This document shows positions 14,483 through 17,977 of a DNA stretch of 17,977 nucleotides, piece after piece. A model generated the notes under the pieces. That model had not been told where the DNA came from. It made no database searches and worked only from the letters and a program-made list of their open reading frames with translations. The DNA comes from Planctomycetota bacterium. GTDB lineage: Bacteria; Planctomycetota; SZUA-567; H5-PLA8. The stretch spans positions 1 to 17,977 of the forward strand of contig BTVV01000125.1 of NCBI GenBank assembly GCA_045863855.1, read 5' to 3'. The number at the start of each line of letters is the position of its first letter. Position 1 is the first letter of the stretch. A program made the position numbers and the translations under genes.

Positions 14483-15550
14483 ATGCGAAGCGAAAAATGG
14501 CTCGGTCTGGCCCTGTGGAGCCTGGCGCTCGGGGCGGGGCATGCCCAGGAAGGGCAGCCAGTCTTCGGCGTCGAGAACGAGATGTCGGGCAAGGTCGATT
14601 ACGACGAAGTCGCGCTGGACCTGGCCAAACGCCTGACCGGTCCCCAACACGATGCGCTCGACGCGGCCACTAAGCTGGGCAACCTCGGCAAGCGCGCAGT
14701 CCCGCTCTGCGCGGATCTGATGGAAAAAAGCAAGGACACCCAAGTCCGCTACTACGCGATCCTGGCTCTTTCGCGCGTGCGGCACAAAAGCGCCGCTCAA
14801 GCGCTCCTCCCTTTGGTCTCCAACGAAAAGGAAGAACGCAGTCTGCGCGAGATGGCGATCGGGAGCGTCAGCGCGGAAGGGATCGACGAGGGCATCGCTC
14901 CACTGCAAAAAGTAGCCAAAGACGATCCCGACGGCGCGCTGCGCTTCAAGGCGTTGCTGGCGCTGAGCGTGATGCCCACGGCATGGGCGCCCAGCGAAGC
15001 GCTCTTCGTCAAGGGGCTGACCGACGAGCGGGACGACATCCGCCAGCTTGCGGCGAAGGTATGCCACCAGGTGGCGGCCGTGAAGATCTACTACCGCAGC
15101 GGCGAACCGGCACTCTTGAAGCTGGCCGAAGAAGACTCAGTCATCCCTGTGCGCTGCAACGCGATTGCAGCGCTGGCGCGGATGCAGTCGCGCATGGGCG
15201 TCAATACCTTCGTAAAGCTGCTGACCGACCCGCAAACGCCGGCTCCGGTGGCCCAACAAGCCCTGCGCGGCATGCAGCTCGTGACCGGTGTCTCGCTGCG
15301 CGATGCGGCGGCCACCCAGGCATGGTGGGAGAAGTTCGGGAAGGATCGCTATAAGGATGCCAAGCCCCTGCTCCTCGACGCCGAGGTGCTCAAGCAAATC
15401 GAAGCGGAACAAGCCCAGCGCGAGGGCGAAGCCAAGAATAAGTCGGAGGAGCCCCCAGCGGAGGTGCAACCTAAGCGCCCCGTGCTGAAGGCGATCCCGG
15501 ACGATGCCCCCAGTGATAAACCCTTCACGGGTGCGACGATGGGAGAATAG
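14483..15550 (+). CDS. Exported HEAT-repeat protein
   Basis: Signal-peptide-like MRSEKWLGLALWSLALGAGHA|QE; repeats VRYYAILAL, LREMAIGSV, LRFKALLAL, IRQLAAKVC, VRCNAIAAL; GGAG SD before ATG 14483. Confidence 0.85.
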   Translation: MRSEKWLGLALWSLALGAGHAQEGQPVFGVENEMSGKVDYDEVALDLAKRLTGPQHDALDAATKLGNLGKRAVPLCADLMEKSKDTQVRYYAILALSRVRHKSAAQALLPLVSNEKEERSLREMAIGSVSAEGIDEGIAPLQKVAKDDPDGALRFKALLALSVMPTAWAPSEALFVKGLTDERDDIRQLAAKVCHQVAAVKIYYRSGEPALLKLAEEDSVIPVRCNAIAALARMQSRMGVNTFVKLLTDPQTPAPVAQQALRGMQLVTGVSLRDAAATQAWWEKFGKDRYKDAKPLLLDAEVLKQIEAEQAQREGEAKNKSEEPPAEVQPKRPVLKAIPDDAPSDKPFTGATMGE

Positions 15551-15675
15551 CCCAAGCGCGCCCCTACCGCGTGCATGCATATTGATCAAACTGGTTATTT
15601 TTGATCTTTTTCGACCCTACCCGACCCCGCCGATCTGTTTTTGGGCACTTTTCGCCATCGTCACAACCGCTTTTA

Positions 15676-15688
15676 GATCATGCCGTTA
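15676..15688 (+). promoter_or_regulatory. IHF-like site upstream of the first sigma54 promoter
   Basis: GATCATGCCGTTA versus consensus WATCAANNNNTTR (2 mismatches). Confidence 0.35.
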
Positions 15689-15726
15689 ACGAATTGCGCA
15701 GACCCCTGTTCGGTTTTGAACGCGAT

Positions 15727-15742
15727 TGGCGAAGCGATTGCC
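15727..15742 (+). promoter_or_regulatory. sigma54 (RpoN) -24/-12 promoter of the first amt
   Basis: TGGC-GAAGCGA-TTGC-C has the exact GG-N10-GC spacing, about 75 nt before the start codon. Confidence 0.75.
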
Positions 15743-15817
15743 TCTCCTTCACTGGTGCAACCGATTAAGGGGTACTGGGTGAGCGGAATTCAACACAGGA
15801 GAGAGGGGAGCGTGGCC

Positions 15818-17293
15818 ATGAGCTTGAGCGCATATGCAAACGGTACGCGCCGATCCGCACGATGGGTGCTGGCGGCGGGCTTGTTCGGCTTAGCGTGCAG
15901 TGGCGGGGTCGGAGCGGAGGAAGCCGCGGCACCGACGGTGGATACCGGCGATAACGCGTGGATGCTGGTGAGTTGCGCGCTGGTGCTGATGATGACGGCG
16001 CCGGGCCTCGCGCTCTTTTACGGCGGCTTGGTGCGGCAGAAGAACGTGCTGAGCACCATGATGCACAGCGTCTTCCTGATGGGTTTGATGTCGGTGATGT
16101 GGGCTGTGTACGGGTACAGCATAGCCTTCGGTTCGGGCAACGCATTCTTCGGTTCGCCGACCCAATACTTCCTGCTGGATAAAGTAGGTGCTGAGCCGTC
16201 CTCGTACGCCACCACCATCCCCCACCAGACCTTCATGCTCTTCCAGATGATGTTCGCGATCATTACGCCGGCGCTGATCAGCGGCGCATACGCCGAGCGC
16301 GTGAAGTTCAGCGCGATGGTGGTCTTTACGATCCTGTGGGGCACGTTCGTCTACTTCCCGCTGGCGCATATGGTCTGGGGCGCGGGCGGTCTGTTTAACT
16401 GGGTCGACGGCGCGAAAATTCCGGCGCTGGATTTCGCCGGCGGCACGGTCGTCCACATCAGCTCGGGCATCTCGGCGCTGGTCTTCGCGCTGGTGCTGGG
16501 CAAACGCCAAGGCTACATGAAGGAACCGATGCGCCCGCATAACCTGGTGCTGAGCATGGTCGGCGCGGCGCTGCTGTGGGTAGGTTGGTTCGGCTTCAAC
16601 GCCGGCAGCGCGCTTTCGGCCGGCGCGGGCGCTTCTTCGGCTTTCGCGACGACGCACTTCGCTTCGGCCGCCGGCGCCTTGGCGTGGGCCGCCATGGAAT
16701 GGCTGCTGCAAGGGAAGCCCAGCGCGCTGGGCACGATCTCGGGGCTCGTGGCGGGGCTCGTCTGCGTAACGCCCGCGGCCGGTTTCGTTACGATTCCTTC
16801 GGCGTTGCTGCTGGGCTTGGCGGCCGGCGTAGTCTGCTACCTGGCCGTGACCCGCCTGAAGCTGATGCTCGGATACGACGACAGCCTGGACGCCTTCGGC
16901 GTGCACGGAGTCGGTGGCACGCTGGGCGCCTTGCTCACGGGGTTGCTCGCCAGCGAAGTCGCGAACCCCGCGATCAAGGAAGTCAAGCTCGCCAGTGGCG
17001 AAACGATCTCCATGGTGGGCGGCGGAGCGCAATTCGTGAATCAGCTTCTTTCGGTGCTGATCACCGTGGCCATCGCGGGCATCGCTACCTTTATTATCCT
17101 GAAGGTCCTGGATGCAACCATCGGCCTGCGCGTGAGCACGGAGGACGAACTCACGGGGCTGGACGTCAGCCAGCACGGCGAAGAAGCGTACTCGAAGGAG
17201 TTCGGCGCTGGATTGGGCGCGGCGCCTGCGGGTCACGGCGGGACGTCGCATGCTTCGGCGAGCGCTCCGAAATTGGCCGAAGGCCACGCGTAA
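15818..17293 (+). CDS. amtB: Ammonium transporter AmtB
   Basis: PGLALFYGGLVRQKN, FQMMFA, DFAGGTVVH, LWVGWFGFNAGS, YDDSLDAFGVHG, GLDVSQHGE; twin-His and Phe gate intact; GGGGAG SD. Start at ATG 15818 (GTG 15812 is an alternative). Confidence 0.97.
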   Translation: MSLSAYANGTRRSARWVLAAGLFGLACSGGVGAEEAAAPTVDTGDNAWMLVSCALVLMMTAPGLALFYGGLVRQKNVLSTMMHSVFLMGLMSVMWAVYGYSIAFGSGNAFFGSPTQYFLLDKVGAEPSSYATTIPHQTFMLFQMMFAIITPALISGAYAERVKFSAMVVFTILWGTFVYFPLAHMVWGAGGLFNWVDGAKIPALDFAGGTVVHISSGISALVFALVLGKRQGYMKEPMRPHNLVLSMVGAALLWVGWFGFNAGSALSAGAGASSAFATTHFASAAGALAWAAMEWLLQGKPSALGTISGLVAGLVCVTPAAGFVTIPSALLLGLAAGVVCYLAVTRLKLMLGYDDSLDAFGVHGVGGTLGALLTGLLASEVANPAIKEVKLASGETISMVGGGAQFVNQLLSVLITVAIAGIATFIILKVLDATIGLRVSTEDELTGLDVSQHGEEAYSKEFGAGLGAAPAGHGGTSHASASAPKLAEGHA

Positions 17294-17366
17294 GCACGAG
17301 CCGAAATGCTATCCAGATCTTGAGGCTTATTATTTAAGAAAAGCAGTGAATCGGCCGAAAAACCAT

Positions 17367-17405
17367 AGGGAGCGGAGAGGTTGATCTCTCCGCTCCCTCT
17401 TTATT
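17367..17405 (+). terminator. Intrinsic terminator after amtB
   Basis: Perfect 13-bp stem AGGGAGCGGAGAG / CTCTCCGCTCCCT, short loop, followed by a T-rich tail (CTTTATTC). Confidence 0.85.
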
Positions 17406-17454
17406 CTTGCACACCTTTCCGATCAAAAATCACCATGCATGCGCAATATCCTGG

Positions 17455-17471
17455 TGGTTAAAATTTAAGCA
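17455..17471. promoter_or_regulatory. Candidate enhancer-binding-protein (NtrC-like) site
   Basis: TGGTTAAAATTTAAGCA is a near-palindrome of TGC-N11-GCA form, about 95 nt upstream of the second sigma54 box. Confidence 0.5.
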
Positions 17472-17524
17472 AGACGACGGGCAGTTTGTCCTAATCCAGC
17501 CACTTCGCTCAATAAACTCCTACT

Positions 17525-17537
17525 GATCAATGATTTA
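17525..17537 (+). promoter_or_regulatory. IHF-like site upstream of the second sigma54 promoter
   Basis: GATCAATGATTTA versus WATCAANNNNTTR (1 mismatch), located between the candidate enhancer and the -24 box. Confidence 0.5.
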
Positions 17538-17565
17538 AGAGCTTCCTTACGCACAGGTGAGGAAG

Positions 17566-17581
17566 TGGCAGCCTGCTTGCC
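17566..17581 (+). promoter_or_regulatory. sigma54 (RpoN) -24/-12 promoter of the second amt
   Basis: TGGC-AGCCTGC-TTGC-C has the exact GG-N10-GC spacing, 60 nt before ATG 17641. Confidence 0.8.
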
Positions 17582-17640
17582 TTAAGGCTTCCCGGCCATG
17601 GTGGCCAAGGGTGAGAACAAGGGAAGAGGGAGGATTCACG

Positions 17641-17977
17641 ATGTCTGCTGCCGCATGTTACCCCAGTAGTACCAGGGGCCGATGGGGGGCTTGGTTGGCC
17701 CTCGTGGGATTGTTGATGAGCCTTTCGTTCGGGGCGCTGGGCGAAGAGACCGCTCCGGCAGCCGAGCCTGCGGCCGCTCCGGCCACTGAAGAGGCGGAAG
17801 CGCCGCCCACGCCGGCCGATAACGCCGCCGCGATCGCGACGCTGAACGACAACGCCAACATTCTGTGGACGTGTCTGGCGGCGTTCCTGGTCTTTTTCAT
17901 GCAGGCCGGATTCGCGCTGGTCGAAGCGGGCCTGACGCGCGCCAAAAACGCGTGCAACATTCTGATGAAGAACTTAA
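17641..17977 (+). CDS. amt: Second ammonium transporter (Amt family), 5' part only; runs off the window
   Basis: Hand translation gives MSAAACYPSSTRGRWGAWLALVGLLMSLSFGALGEE...NILWTCLAAFLVFFMQAGFALVEAGLTRAKNACNILMKNL; GGAGG SD upstream. Absent from the ORF track because it has no stop in the window. Confidence 0.93.
   Translation, partial: MSAAACYPSSTRGRWGAWLALVGLLMSLSFGALGEETAPAAEPAAAPATEEAEAPPTPADNAAAIATLNDNANILWTCLAAFLVFFMQAGFALVEAGLTRAKNACNILMKNL

Noticed and set aside
15680..15817. Extended AmtB N-terminus from ATG 15680
   Set aside because: That start lies upstream of the sigma54 promoter and lacks an SD; ATG 15818 has one and begins a signal-like peptide.
15818..15920. Tat signal (TRR) or lipobox (GLAC) at the AmtB N-terminus
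   Set aside because: TRRSAR lacks the hydrophobic residues of RRxFL and GLAC does not fit the lipobox; an ordinary Sec signal, as in E. coli AmtB, is simpler.
15890..17287. 465-aa minus-strand ORF (and the similar 17658-17960 ORF)
   Set aside because: Antisense shadows of the two amt genes.

Overview
High-GC bacterial chromosomal window, most likely Planctomycetota (an inference from gene content, not checked against a database). Gene order: yacG, two tandem tatA-family genes behind a strong sigma70-like promoter, a PcrA/UvrD helicase closely followed by a JAB/MPN+ metallopeptidase, then on the minus strand a Hanks-type Ser/Thr kinase, dedA and alaS. A ~1.4 kb lower-GC islet follows (AbrB-type antitoxin, PIN toxin and an unrecognised third gene, with a triple-repeat operator). 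After it come a small hypothetical protein, a vWA-domain membrane protein overlapping a PLP fold-type II racemase/dehydratase gene, an exported HEAT-repeat protein, and two tandem ammonium transporters from different subfamilies. The second transporter is truncated by the window end and missing from the ORF track. Each amt has its own sigma54 -24/-12 promoter, an IHF-like site and a shared upstream motif. No rRNA, tRNA, CRISPR array, integrase or transposase was seen. The window is mostly housekeeping; the best candidates for something undescribed are the three-gene TA islet and the dual-amt sigma54 regulatory architecture.
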